Virus record (IMG/VR): IMGVR_UViG_3300037424_000906
Location: 39,780 to 103,779 of that record
Strand: one strand, 5' to 3'
DNA from: a virus
DNA length: 64,000 nucleotides
The notes under the pieces are model-generated. The model ran no database searches, was not told the origin of the DNA, and saw only the letters and a program-made list of their open reading frames with translations. Below, in pieces: positions 27,525-37,472 of this stretch; the first letter of the stretch is position 1, and each line of letters starts with the position of its first letter. A program made the translations under genes and the position numbers.

Positions 27525-29913
27525 CGGCTACGTTGAGATTCGCATCAAAGGCACGAACGCCTCCAAGCCTGCGTTCAAGGAAGCCGAAGCCGACGCCAAA
27601 GACCACGGGAACAAGGTCACCACGATCCTTGGCCAAGCAGGCGAGCGTGCCGGTGAGGCCCTGGGCGAGGGCATCAAGCGCGGCTCGGACGGCAAGCTTC
27701 GTGATGCCAGAGGCAGGTTCGTCAAGGAAGGCAAAGGCCTCGGCGAGGGTCTAGGCGAGGGCATCAAGGACGGCCTCGGCGACGGCGTCAACGCGGGCAC
27801 CTCGATGTTCGGCCGCTTCCTGGACACCATCGTCGGCATGGCGTCGGTCACGACGGAAGGCGTCGGTAAAACACTGGCGTCGCTTTTTCCTGCGGGCGCG
27901 TCTTTTCTCGGCCTCACTGCGGCAACGGGCGGCGTGAACCTCCTCGTCGGTGCGTTCTTGCTGTTGGTCGCTGCTGCTGCGGCAGCGCTCGCGGGGCTGA
28001 TCGTGCTGGCGCCGACGCTGCTCCTGATCGGCGGTGCGGCCGGATCGGTGACAACCCTGCTGGTAGGGCTCGGCGGTGCGGTCGCGGTGCTGGGTTTGGG
28101 CCTGGGTGGCCTGTCGGATGCGTGGACCGCGTACGGCCTGTCCGCCAGCGGTGGTGGTGTGTCCTCGGCCGCTGCCGCACGGCAGGTGGTGCAGGCGCAG
28201 CGTGAGGTGAAGTCCGCGACCCTCGACCTCGCGGACGCGCAGAATGCTGCCCGGCAGGCGCAGGAGGCGGTGACGCAGGCGCGGCTGGATGAGTCGGAGC
28301 GGCTCAGTGACCTGCAACGGAATCTGGCGTCGGCACAGCGGGATGAGGAAGGCGCGATCCTCGCGGTCACCCGGGCGGAGCAGCGTTTGCGTGAGGTGCG
28401 CCGGCAGCCGGGTCGTACCGCCCTGGACGTGAAGGAAGCCGAGCTTGCTCTGCGTCAGGCTGTGGGCGCGGTCGATGACATGCGGGACCACGTCGATGAC
28501 CTGAGCAAGGAGCAGGCTGCCGGCGCGAAGAAGGGCGTCGAAGGCAGCGACGCGGTGCAGTCCGCTCTGGAGCGTCAGAAGCAGGCGCAGCGCAGCCTGG
28601 AGCAGGCGACGTGGCGGCTCGCCGACGCGCAGAAGGCTGTTGCTGAGGGTGCGGGCGGTGCGGCTGGTGGGGTGGACAAGTTCGCGGAGGCGATGGCGAA
28701 GTTGTCGCCGAACGCGCAGGCTTTGATCAAGACTTTGATCGCGTTGAAGCCGAAGTTCGACGAACTGAAGAAGTCGACGCAGGACCGGCTTCTTGAGGGT
28801 ATCGACACCTCGGTCAAGGATCTGGCTACGAAGTGGCTGCCGACGCTCGGCCCGATGTTGGGTGGGCTTGCTGGCAGCTTCAACAAGGTTGGCAAGTCGC
28901 TGCTTGATTCGCTGGGCAAGAAAGATTTCATCGAGAACATCTCCACCGCCATGGCCGGGTTCGGGCGGTTCGTGGAGCGTGTGGGTGGGGCGATCTCGGG
29001 CCCGCTCGTGGACGCGTTCGGCCGTCTGGCTGCCGCGTCTGCGCCGTTCTTGGAAACCCTGGGCGACAAGATCGCCGGTTTGGTGGAGAACTTCTCTGCG
29101 TGGATCAAGACCGCTGACGAATCCGGCTCCCTGACGTCGTTCATGGAGAGTGCGTCGAGGGCGCTCTCGGATATCTGGTCGATTGGCGGCCTGACGATTG
29201 ACATCCTCGGTGAGATCGTGTCGACCTTGTGGCCGGGTTCAAAGCGGGAGTCGTCGACCTTCCTCGGTGGTGTGATCGTTCGGATGCAGGAGTTTCGGGA
29301 CTGGCTTGCTGATCCGGAGAACAAGCAGAAGATCCAGGACTGGATTGAGCGCATCCAGGATTTGGGCAAGGCCGCTTTTTGGGTGGCTGACAAGGTCGGC
29401 GGTTTGATCGACATGGTTAGTGGTTGGGTCGACAGGGTCAGTGAGTGGGCTACTGCGGTCGGCAAAACCAAAGACAAGATCAAGAAAAATGCTTCCGGTC
29501 TGTTCGACGGGCTGAAGGACGCGTTCAAATCCGCCCTGAACTGGATCATCGACCGGTGGAACGGGCTGCGATTCACACTGCCCAGCGTCAACCTTTTCGG
29601 CAACGAAATCGGTGGCGGCAGCATCGGCACCTCGCACATCAACCGCTTCGCCCAAGGCGGTATCGGCGGCGGCCTGGCCTGGGTCGGCGAACGCGGACGT
29701 GAACTCGTCAACCTGCCGCAAGGGTCGCAGGTCATCCCCCATGGAAGCAGCGAAGCCATGGCTGCGGGCGGCGGGGGTGGGGGTGCCCGTGAGGTGCGTC
29801 TGATCATCGAGCTGCGTAACGCAACAACCGAGGTCGCGAACCTCATTCGGAAGATCGTCAACGTCGAAGGCGGCGGGGACGTCTCCGTCGCGTTCGGGAA
29901 AGCATCGAGGTAA
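27517..29913 (+). CDS. Tape measure protein
   Basis: GGAGG SD; hydrophobic segments, coiled coil, KLSPNAQ, FAQGG...WVGERGRELV. Confidence 0.92.
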   Translation: MSDGYVEIRIKGTNASKPAFKEAEADAKDHGNKVTTILGQAGERAGEALGEGIKRGSDGKLRDARGRFVKEGKGLGEGLGEGIKDGLGDGVNAGTSMFGRFLDTIVGMASVTTEGVGKTLASLFPAGASFLGLTAATGGVNLLVGAFLLLVAAAAAALAGLIVLAPTLLLIGGAAGSVTTLLVGLGGAVAVLGLGLGGLSDAWTAYGLSASGGGVSSAAAARQVVQAQREVKSATLDLADAQNAARQAQEAVTQARLDESERLSDLQRNLASAQRDEEGAILAVTRAEQRLREVRRQPGRTALDVKEAELALRQAVGAVDDMRDHVDDLSKEQAAGAKKGVEGSDAVQSALERQKQAQRSLEQATWRLADAQKAVAEGAGGAAGGVDKFAEAMAKLSPNAQALIKTLIALKPKFDELKKSTQDRLLEGIDTSVKDLATKWLPTLGPMLGGLAGSFNKVGKSLLDSLGKKDFIENISTAMAGFGRFVERVGGAISGPLVDAFGRLAAASAPFLETLGDKIAGLVENFSAWIKTADESGSLTSFMESASRALSDIWSIGGLTIDILGEIVSTLWPGSKRESSTFLGGVIVRMQEFRDWLADPENKQKIQDWIERIQDLGKAAFWVADKVGGLIDMVSGWVDRVSEWATAVGKTKDKIKKNASGLFDGLKDAFKSALNWIIDRWNGLRFTLPSVNLFGNEIGGGSIGTSHINRFAQGGIGGGLAWVGERGRELVNLPQGSQVIPHGSSEAMAAGGGGGGAREVRLIIELRNATTEVANLIRKIVNVEGGGDVSVAFGKASR

Positions 29914-29917
29914 GGCA

Positions 29918-30436
29918 ATGGCCCACCGCTATCGCAGTTGGAACGGACCCGCTCCGACTACCGCCGCGCAGGTCGCGGTCACGACAGGCACCGTCATCAA
30001 GACCATGCTTCAGATCGCCACTCCGGCGACCAGGCAGCTGACGCTGATCAGTTGGGGTTTCTCGCTGACCGCACCACCGGCGACGACGAGCACCGGCATC
30101 GTGGAACTGCTCGACACCGATGTTGCCGCGACGGTCACCGCCCATGTGGCGGCAGGCGTGCAGCCGCTTGTGCCGGGCCAGCCGGCATCGCTGATGACGT
30201 TGGGAACGGGGGCGACGGGCTACACCGCCACCGCCGAGGGTTCGACTACCGCATCGCGGGTGCATGACGTAATTGAGGTGCCCGGCCTGACCGCCGGCGG
30301 TGATGGTATTGCGCCGTACGTGTTCCAGTGGATGCCGGATGAGCGGCCGATCATTGCCGTGTCCAGGTTCCTGCGGGTGCGGGTGACGTTCGCCGCAGCC
30401 GTTTCGATGATCACCTACGTGACCTGGGACGAGTAG
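29918..30436 (+). CDS. Putative tail protein
   Basis: Follows TMP; beta-rich. Confidence 0.6.
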   Translation: MAHRYRSWNGPAPTTAAQVAVTTGTVIKTMLQIATPATRQLTLISWGFSLTAPPATTSTGIVELLDTDVAATVTAHVAAGVQPLVPGQPASLMTLGTGATGYTATAEGSTTASRVHDVIEVPGLTAGGDGIAPYVFQWMPDERPIIAVSRFLRVRVTFAAAVSMITYVTWDE

Positions 30437-30438
30437 TA

Positions 30439-32586
30439 GTGGCGTCGACTGCGGCACGGTGGGCGAACTGGGTACGGCGCGGCCGGCCCGGCGCGAGCAT
30501 GCCCGGACCGCTGTCTGCCGTCACGTTCCCTACGTCGCCCTTGCGCCCCCGGGGTCGCCTGGCTCTGGGCGCCGATCTGTCTGCTGACCCTTTGACGTGG
30601 ACGTGGACGGACATCACCACGTACATGCGCTGGGATAGTGGGGTCGACACCTCGGATGGGCGCGGGGATCATTCGTCGCTGGTCACTACCGGATCAACGT
30701 CTGCGACGCTCACCAACGACGGCCGGTTCAGCACCCGGAACCCGTTCGGCCCGTACTGGGGTTTGCTGACGCCGAACACGCCGATTTGGTTGGAGTTGGA
30801 CGCGGGCGCGGGCATGTACACGGTGGTGCAGCATTTCGTCAACGAGTGGCCGACCAGGTGGGCGCCGGGCGCTTTGGACTGTGTCACGCCGATCAAGTGC
30901 TCCGGCGTCCTGCGCCGGTTGCAGAAAGGCGACGCTCTTGCCGATCCCATGGAACGCGCCATTTTCGCCGAGTCCGGTTTGCTGGGTTACTGGAGGATGT
31001 ATGACCCGGTCGGGTCGACTGGTTTCGTGTCCGCGCTGCCGGGTGGCGGCCCGCCGATGTTGGCGGCCATGGTGGAGCCCGATTATGCGGTCGTTACCCA
31101 GCCACCGGGCGGCGGCGAAGATCTAGCTGCGAGACTCAATGACTCCTATGTGCAAACGCAGGTAATGAACGTCGCGGCCCCTTGGTCGTTTGAATTTTCG
31201 CTGAGGCGTCCCGAGGACGCAGTTGACGATTATCCGATCTTGTATCTTTCGTTTCTCCTGGACGGGGTCTCGACATTACTTGGCGTCACGGCTGCACCGG
31301 CTGCGGATGCAACCACTGAGCTTTGGTATCACTACTACGTCACTGGCGAGCAGGTCGGATCTGACGCGGTGATCAGTGCTTGGCGCAACGGCGAGGCCCG
31401 ACCGGGCGTAACATACGCAGGACAGACGCTGGGTTCTTTGAATCGCCTGTCCTCGAATACGCAGTCCGCGTTGGATGACTACAGCCTGGCCGAGGTTGCC
31501 GTCTATAGCGGCACAGCCGCGGACTACGCAACACACTCCAGTGCCCTGCAAGCGCATGTCGGCGAAATGGCCCATGAGCGCATTATCCGCGAGTGCGGCT
31601 ACTCGGGTATACCGATCCAGTGTTCGGCCGCCCAGTCCACAGTGCTGGGTCCGCAGCCAACGGGAACATTGATTGACGTTCTTCGCGACGCCGAGCGCGC
31701 AGACATGGGCGTCCTCTACGAGGCTGGCTGGGGGCTTGGGTATCAGCCGCTCCGGGACCGATATGACGCACCGGTCAGCATGGCGTTGGACTTCGACGAG
31801 GGCCACGTAGACGGCGAGCCGGAACCGGCAGATGACGATGCAACTCTGGTGAACCGCTGGAAAGTCACCCGCGATGGTGGCTTGTTCGCGGTAGAGGAAG
31901 ACGAGACCTCGCGACTGGGGATCCAGGCCGGTGGGCCCGGTTTGTACGCGGACTCGGTCACCGTCAACGTCCAGAGCGATGACCAGTTGCCGCATCACGC
32001 CCGGTGGCGGATACACCGCGACACCCTCGACGAAGACCGCTGGCCGCAGATCGATTTCAACTTCGCGACCATAGGCGGCCAGGCGCTGATCCCAACGTGG
32101 GTGACGTTGGGCTACGGGGCACGAATCACCCTGGACAACCCGCCACCGCAGGTCAACCAAGCTCAGATCAACCTCGTCATCGAAGGCAAAAGGCAGTTCT
32201 TCAACAGCCTGAAGTGGACGGCAAGCATCAACGCCTCGCCGGCGTCCACCTACCAGGTGGCCCGGTATGGGACGTCGCCGCAGTACATCCGCTACGACAC
32301 CCGCGGCTCGACGCTGACCGCCGACGTGTCCGACAGCGCCACCAGTTGGTCGGTGACGGTCGCATCTGGATACCCGCTGTGGGTGACCACCGCGACGCAT
32401 CCCGACCGTTTCGCACCGGCAGGGCAGCCCATGTACCTGCTCGTCGGCGGCGTCGTCTACGAGTGCACGGCCATCGTCGGCGCGTCATCACCGCAAACGT
32501 TCACGGTGGTCCGCCTGGCCACCGACAAGACACATCTGGCCGGTGCCCCCATCCGGGTCTACCAGTCGCCGATCTACGGGCTCTGA
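30439..32586 (+). CDS. Minor tail/baseplate protein with LamG-like insert
   Basis: WTDIT, GR, L.N.DGRFS..NP.GPY; LLGYWRM.D. Confidence 0.8.
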   Translation: MASTAARWANWVRRGRPGASMPGPLSAVTFPTSPLRPRGRLALGADLSADPLTWTWTDITTYMRWDSGVDTSDGRGDHSSLVTTGSTSATLTNDGRFSTRNPFGPYWGLLTPNTPIWLELDAGAGMYTVVQHFVNEWPTRWAPGALDCVTPIKCSGVLRRLQKGDALADPMERAIFAESGLLGYWRMYDPVGSTGFVSALPGGGPPMLAAMVEPDYAVVTQPPGGGEDLAARLNDSYVQTQVMNVAAPWSFEFSLRRPEDAVDDYPILYLSFLLDGVSTLLGVTAAPAADATTELWYHYYVTGEQVGSDAVISAWRNGEARPGVTYAGQTLGSLNRLSSNTQSALDDYSLAEVAVYSGTAADYATHSSALQAHVGEMAHERIIRECGYSGIPIQCSAAQSTVLGPQPTGTLIDVLRDAERADMGVLYEAGWGLGYQPLRDRYDAPVSMALDFDEGHVDGEPEPADDDATLVNRWKVTRDGGLFAVEEDETSRLGIQAGGPGLYADSVTVNVQSDDQLPHHARWRIHRDTLDEDRWPQIDFNFATIGGQALIPTWVTLGYGARITLDNPPPQVNQAQINLVIEGKRQFFNSLKWTASINASPASTYQVARYGTSPQYIRYDTRGSTLTADVSDSATSWSVTVASGYPLWVTTATHPDRFAPAGQPMYLLVGGVVYECTAIVGASSPQTFTVVRLATDKTHLAGAPIRVYQSPIYGL

Positions 32587-32601
32587 GGGGAGTGAGCTGA
32601 A

Positions 32602-33177
32602 GTGGCAGGTTCAACAGGCCAGGTCCTGGCCGGGAACTTCATCCTGGCCGAGGATTTGCAGGCCGAGATCGATGAGGCCATGTCGTGGGCGCAACCACTG
32701 TCGATCATCAAGGCGGCGACGGGTGCGACCCGCACGTCCACGACCACATCAACCGACGACTCCGAGCTGACGCTGACGTTTCCAGCCGGAACAGCAGGCC
32801 GCACCTACGAATTCTTCATGGACCTGATCCTCCTCTCGGCGGCAAACGCCGCTGGGGACTTCCGTGGGCGGATCGCATGGACGAACACAGCCTCCGTGCG
32901 CATGTTCCTGGCCGGTCTCGACCCGGCACTCGCTTCCGGCTCCGGCGGAGATTTCAACGGTGTCGCGGCGAACTCCGGCAGCCTGGACGTGGCAACACCA
33001 ACCGATGAGCTGGCAATCGGCTGCTCGACCACGGCGACACTGTCGCGGCTGCACGGCTACCTCGTCACGGACACCGCTGACGTCGTGGCCATCCTTCAAT
33101 GGGCGCAGCTGGCCAGCAACGCCAACGCGACATCGGTGCTGGCGGGCTCCCGCTGGACCGCTCGCAGGGTTGCGTGA
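32602..33177 (+). CDS. Putative tail fibre/receptor-binding protein
   Basis: DDSELTL, LQWAQ...T.VLAGS motif; last tail gene. Confidence 0.65.
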   Translation: MAGSTGQVLAGNFILAEDLQAEIDEAMSWAQPLSIIKAATGATRTSTTTSTDDSELTLTFPAGTAGRTYEFFMDLILLSAANAAGDFRGRIAWTNTASVRMFLAGLDPALASGSGGDFNGVAANSGSLDVATPTDELAIGCSTTATLSRLHGYLVTDTADVVAILQWAQLASNANATSVLAGSRWTARRVA

Positions 33178-33187
33178 GGTGGCGGAC

Positions 33188-34216
33188 ATGGCAGCCCAGT
33201 ATCCCGACATTCCATACGATGGCCCGCCGAAGAGCTACGGGAAAACAAGCTACCCGAAACGCTACATAGCCATCCACAACACCAGCAACGACGCCACGGA
33301 CACCGGCGAGGCCGACTACGCGCAGCGCCGGACAGACGGCACCAGCAGCCACTACTACGTTGACGCCAACTCGATCACACAAAGTCTCACCACCGAACTC
33401 GGTGCCAACCATGCCGGTTCGACGACCGGCAACCGCCACGCGATCTCGTACGAGATCACCGGAGTCAACGGATGGTCACGCGCCCGGTGGATGTCATCGG
33501 TTGCCTGGTCCTTGCTGGCCCGTCAGATCGCCCGCGACTGCCGCAAGCACGGCATCGTGCCGCAACTACTCACCGTCGCTCAGATGCAGGACGGCAAAGC
33601 GACCGGCATCGTCACGCACGACCTGATGCGCCGGGCGTGGCACGGCACTACGCACACCGACCCGGGCCCCAATTTCCCACTCGATCACCTGCTCGCGCTG
33701 GTTAAGGCGGAGCTGGACGGAGGAATGACCATGGCCGATTACGGCAAGTACGGCAAACCCAAACTCATCACCGACGCCAAGCTCGGCGACCGCCCCTCGG
33801 ATCTCCTACTCGCAGAGATGTGGACCGAGTCGCACCTGGGCTGCGGTGCCTACGGCACTCCGCCGGCCCGAGGCGGGCTGATCGCCCGCCTGGACCGGAT
33901 CGAGGACGGGCAGGCGGCTTCGGCAGCACGGGAGCAGGCGTCGGCTGCCCGGGAAATCTCGGCGGCAACGTCGATCGACCTGCTGTCTGCGGCGGTAACC
34001 GCACTGGCCACCGGCGGCGGGGTGGACTCGGCGCCGATCCTGGCTGAGATCCACGAGGTGGCCGGGCAGATCGGCGAGCTGCAGGCGGAACTGGATGCGG
34101 CCAACGCCCGCGCGGATGCGGCTGCCCAGCGCGCGGAAGCGGCCGAGGCGCACGAGAACCAGTTGCTGGCGCAGGCGTACGCCGCCGCGAGCACGGACCC
34201 CCGCCCGGCCGGCTGA
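33188..34216 (+). CDS. Endolysin, N-acetylmuramoyl-L-alanine amidase
   Basis: IAIHNT, SSHYYVD, NHAG, SYEI, VTH, HTDPG.NFP; C-terminal coiled coil. Confidence 0.9.
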   Translation: MAAQYPDIPYDGPPKSYGKTSYPKRYIAIHNTSNDATDTGEADYAQRRTDGTSSHYYVDANSITQSLTTELGANHAGSTTGNRHAISYEITGVNGWSRARWMSSVAWSLLARQIARDCRKHGIVPQLLTVAQMQDGKATGIVTHDLMRRAWHGTTHTDPGPNFPLDHLLALVKAELDGGMTMADYGKYGKPKLITDAKLGDRPSDLLLAEMWTESHLGCGAYGTPPARGGLIARLDRIEDGQAASAAREQASAAREISAATSIDLLSAAVTALATGGGVDSAPILAEIHEVAGQIGELQAELDAANARADAAAQRAEAAEAHENQLLAQAYAAASTDPRPAG

Positions 34217-34497
34217 TGCTGGATGTCATCGCCCCGTTCGCGGTTCCCGGCGGCGCTGCCGGGATCGCACTGGCCACGGTATGGCTGGTGCTGACCGGCA
34301 GGCTCATCCCGCTCAGCACCGTCGACAGGCTCCTCGAAGTCAAGGACAGGGAACTGCAGACGGTCACCGCCGGGTACGAAGCGGAGAAAGCCCGCAACGA
34401 GCTTCTGTCCCGGCAGGTGAACGAGTTGATGGAGCTTTCACGGACCACGGTCGGGATCGTCAACGCGATCCCAAGAGCAAGGGACACGGCCGCATGA
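34216..34497 (+). CDS. Holin-like membrane protein
   Basis: One TM segment, GRLIP, coiled coil; coupled to the lysin. Confidence 0.7.
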   Translation: MLDVIAPFAVPGGAAGIALATVWLVLTGRLIPLSTVDRLLEVKDRELQTVTAGYEAEKARNELLSRQVNELMELSRTTVGIVNAIPRARDTAA

Positions 34498-34694
34498 GGT
34501 GGCCACGGCGGCGGGTGCGGCTGCCCGCTGTGGACCCCGAGGTGTTGCGGTCCGCGCAGGAGTCGGTGCGGCGGCTGGAAGAGACACGTGAGCAGATGGG
34601 GGAGGTGGACCGCATGGTCCAAGCGCTGAAGGAGATACGAACTCGGAACAACTTCGCGGGCATGATCGCGGCTGCTTGGCGTGAACACCGGTGA
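34494..34694 (+). CDS. Small lysis-cassette helical protein
   Basis: R.RNNFA..I motif; ATGA/GTGA coupling. Confidence 0.7.
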   Translation: MRWPRRRVRLPAVDPEVLRSAQESVRRLEETREQMGEVDRMVQALKEIRTRNNFAGMIAAAWREHR

Positions 34695-35014
34695 CGCTCC
34701 TGACCGAGGTGTTGCGGGTGACCACCCTGTTCGGGGTGATCACGTTCATGGCCACCTATCACCTACTGGCCCCATGGTGGCGGTCGGAGATGGGCCGAAA
34801 CATCATGACGCTGGCAACGTCGAGTGCCCTGTTCCTGCTGCTGGGTGTGCTCCAGCAGGTGTTCGGGCCCGACTACCCCGGCCAGGAGCTGCTGCGGGTG
34901 CTGGCCTATGCGGGCATCGGCGCGGCCTGGTGGTGGCGGTGGGTGGTCCTGATCAGGGTCCAGGTCGGCGGGCGGGACACCATGCCGGAAACAGCCGATC
35001 AGGCCAGTCACTGA
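34691..35014 (+). CDS. Putative 3-TM holin
   Basis: Y....PWWRSEMGRNIM; three hydrophobic segments. Confidence 0.75.
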   Translation: MTLLTEVLRVTTLFGVITFMATYHLLAPWWRSEMGRNIMTLATSSALFLLLGVLQQVFGPDYPGQELLRVLAYAGIGAAWWWRWVVLIRVQVGGRDTMPETADQASH

Positions 35015-35029
35015 ACCGAGGAGGAAACC

Positions 35030-35281
35030 ATGCCGGACCCAGCACCAACTCAGACACGCCACCCGTGGCGGGCAACCGCCCGGACCGTGTTCGCGGCAAC
35101 GGTGGCCTTGCTGTCGCTGCTGCCGTATGCGGCTACGACCGCGGGCATTGATGCGACACCGGCGGTAGCTCAGACCCTCGTCGTTGCGGGCGCTATAACG
35201 CGCGTGCTCGCGATGCCGGGCGTTGACGGGTGGCTGCGGAGGTTCCTGCCGTGGCTGGCCGCTGAGCCGAAAGCGAAGTGA
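35030..35281 (+). CDS. Putative 2-TM holin
   Basis: TQTRHPWRATART...ITRVLAMPGVD.WL. Confidence 0.8.
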   Translation: MPDPAPTQTRHPWRATARTVFAATVALLSLLPYAATTAGIDATPAVAQTLVVAGAITRVLAMPGVDGWLRRFLPWLAAEPKAK

Positions 35282-35329
35282 CCGTGATCGCTGGCGCGCC
35301 CGAGGAGATCACCCCGGACGCCTGATCTA

Positions 35330-35380
35330 CGACGAGGACGCCCCCGCTTCCCGTGATGGGAGGAGGGGGCGTCCTCGTCG
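35330..35380. terminator. Bidirectional hairpin terminator
   Basis: CGACGAGGACGCCCCC...GGGGGCGTCCTCGTCG between convergent genes. Confidence 0.8.
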
Positions 35381-35385
35381 CGTCG

Positions 35386-35889
35386 TCAGTTAATGCTGAC
35401 CAGCGAGCAGGTTTGGCCGCCTTTGGCGTCGAGGTAGACGGTGGTCGACTCGGACGCGGTGGAGCCGCCCGCGATGGTGGACACGTAGTCGATGCCGTCG
35501 CCTACCCGCGATCCGCCGGAGTCTTTGACCTCGAACTTCGCGATGAAACCTTCGCCGCTGGTGCCGTTGTTGGTGACCTTGTAGCTGATCTCTGCGGTCG
35601 GCAGGAGATCGCCGTCGGAGATCTTGCACGAGGTGATCTCCACGGTCGGATCAGGCGTCACCCCGTCACTGAACCCGGACAGGACCGGCGACAGGAAACA
35701 CAGCGCGATCGGGCCGACGCAACACACCAGGATGATGCCGGTGATCACCGCGAACAACGCGCCGACGGAGAGGTTGAGGAACTTCTTCGACCCGTCTCCG
35801 GACTGCTTGATGTGCATGTACGGCGGAGGCCCAGGATGGTGCGGAGGTACGGGCGGGTAGGGCGGTCCGGACTGCGGCGGGTAGCTCAT
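35386..35889 (-). CDS. Membrane-anchored Ig-like (FxLYD-like) protein; possible exclusion moron
   Basis: Pro-rich N-terminus, TM with CC, VTNNG...F...F...D..G.RV. Confidence 0.7.
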   Translation of the reverse strand: MSYPPQSGPPYPPVPPHHPGPPPYMHIKQSGDGSKKFLNLSVGALFAVITGIILVCCVGPIALCFLSPVLSGFSDGVTPDPTVEITSCKISDGDLLPTAEISYKVTNNGTSGEGFIAKFEVKDSGGSRVGDGIDYVSTIAGGSTASESTTVYLDAKGGQTCSLVSIN

Positions 35890-36061
35890 GGCGGTCCTCA
35901 GCGTGTGGGGCGGCGCGGCGCGCTGCATGAAGCGTCCATCCTCCAAGCCGTGTTGGCGGACGTCGATGGGCTGTTCGGGCGGGCGGGTTGACAGATCATT
36001 GGTCAACGGTGGACAGATGATTCGTCAATCTGCCCACGCGCACGAGTGGGGGAGGTCCGCG

Positions 36062-36292
36062 GTGGCTCGTATGCCGGGCAGGGTTGCCCGCCCGTGGTGC
36101 CCGGTGTGCCGTACACCGCCGGGCCCGGATTGCCCATCGCGTAGCCGCTCGCCGCGGCAGGTTCGCCGGGATCTGGCGCGTACGCTGAGGCGCGAGGTTC
36201 AGGGTGCAGGCGTAGCTCAGCTTGGCCAGAGCACGTCACACCGCCCGAAGGAGACGAGGTCGCCGGTTCGAATCCGGTCCGCCTGGCCCTGA
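36062..36292 (+). CDS. Small basic Cys protein reading through the tRNA-like element
   Basis: GGAGG SD; MARMPGR...CPVC...DC, Arg-rich. Confidence 0.5.
   Translation: MARMPGRVARPWCPVCRTPPGPDCPSRSRSPRQVRRDLARTLRREVQGAGVAQLGQSTSHRPKETRSPVRIRSAWP
36206..36289 (+). tRNA. tRNA-like element with expanded anticodon loop
   Basis: CAGGCG/CGCCTG acceptor; TAGCTCAGCTTGGCCAGAGC D arm; CGTC-15 nt-GACG; GCCGG-TTCGAAT-CCGGT. Confidence 0.65.
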
Positions 36293-36396
36293 ATCCTCTA
36301 CTTCCACCCTGACGCCTGATAGCCTGCTCGTGCCCGGAGGGCTGGCGGTGAGGTGCTCCGGCACGGTCTACACCTTGGCCCTATGGCCAGCACGAA

Positions 36397-36432
36397 CGAA
36401 ATGCCCCGGCTCTCACGAGTCGGGGCATTTCG
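36397..36432. terminator. Bidirectional terminator
   Basis: CGAAATGCCCCGGCT...AGTCGGGGCATTTCG. Confidence 0.8.
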
Positions 36433-36443
36433 CTGTTCGTGGG

Positions 36444-36686
36444 TCAGATGGGCCGCACGGTCCCAGTTGCCTGGTCGTACCCGAGCCGGCTGTATGCCTT
36501 GTCCCTGTGTCGACGAACGTGCAGGGCGATTGCGTCGAGGTTGACGGTGGTGCCCTCGTTCTTGAGCCGGTTGACGCCCTTCAGGGCGGCGTTGTCGGCG
36601 TTCCCAGCTTCGACGGCGTATGCCGCGATGGTCTGCCCAGACAGGTAGGTGGTGTCGATGCGGACGGTGTACTTGTCCACGGTCAC
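36444..36686 (-). CDS. Hypothetical protein
   Basis: GAGGAG SD; coupled to the HicB-like gene. Confidence 0.6.
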   Translation of the reverse strand: MTVDKYTVRIDTTYLSGQTIAAYAVEAGNADNAALKGVNRLKNEGTTVNLDAIALHVRRHRDKAYSRLGYDQATGTVRPI

Positions 36687-37189
36687 TCCTCAGTGGTCTT
36701 GCGGGGTCGGCCGCTTTTGCGGTTCCACCGCTGCTCGAACTTGACGATGCTGTCGCGCGTCCAGACCCGGCCGCGGCTGGTCTCGCCGATTGCCGCAGGG
36801 AACTCCGGGTGCGTGTCGGCAAGCTCGGCGGCGCGCTGGCGGGACACTTCCAGCAGTTCGCCGATCTCGGTGGTGCCGAGCAGGTCCAGGGTTCGCGGGT
36901 GTGCGATTTCCTGCTGGTAGATGTCTTCGGGCAGGACCCGAATCTCGGTAGGGTCGCCCGGCGTCCCGAAGGTAGCGGTGTGGGCTTCGCGGGCGGCACG
37001 TAGGGCTGCGTCGGTGGCCTGCCGCAGGGTGGCCGCCTCCACCGTCATGCCCAGGCGCACGTGGGTGCCGTCCGCAGTGACGAACCCGTAGCCGGGCAGG
37101 TCTGCGAGGCTGTCGTGCTGGTCGTCGGTGAGTTCGGCGGGTGGCTGCGGGTAGGCGACGATGGCCGTCCATCTGGTGGTGTGTGTCAT
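36683..37189 (-). CDS. HicB-like antitoxin with C-terminal AlpA-type HTH
   Basis: TVEAATLRQA; LLGTTEIGELLEVSRQR...FP.......GRVW; follows the HicA-like gene. Confidence 0.65.
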   Translation of the reverse strand: MTHTTRWTAIVAYPQPPAELTDDQHDSLADLPGYGFVTADGTHVRLGMTVEAATLRQATDAALRAAREAHTATFGTPGDPTEIRVLPEDIYQQEIAHPRTLDLLGTTEIGELLEVSRQRAAELADTHPEFPAAIGETSRGRVWTRDSIVKFEQRWNRKSGRPRKTTEE

Positions 37190-37268
37190 GCTGGGGTTCT
37201 CCATCTCTTGCTTCCGTCGAGGTTCGGATGGTGGTGGGGCCACGGTGCACTCGTGGCCCCACCTGCTT

Positions 37269-37472
37269 TTAGTTCCCCTCGGGGAACTTCAGCCCAAAAC
37301 CGCGCAGCGTGTTGACCATCGTTCGCCATTCGGCAACGGTGATCGGGGTGCGCTCAAACGTCAGCGTGGCGATCTCCTTGCCGAAGACCCACGTGCCGTT
37401 GCGGGTCTGGCGGACCCAGAATCCCTGACGAGCCGCTGCCGCGACGATTTTGTCCATCCGGTCGTTTCTCAT
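37269..37472 (-). CDS. HicA-like small protein
   Basis: A.RQGFWV.QTRNG.W.F...TP.........LR.FG; GGAGG SD. Confidence 0.6.
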   Translation of the reverse strand: MRNDRMDKIVAAAARQGFWVRQTRNGTWVFGKEIATLTFERTPITVAEWRTMVNTLRGFGLKFPEGN

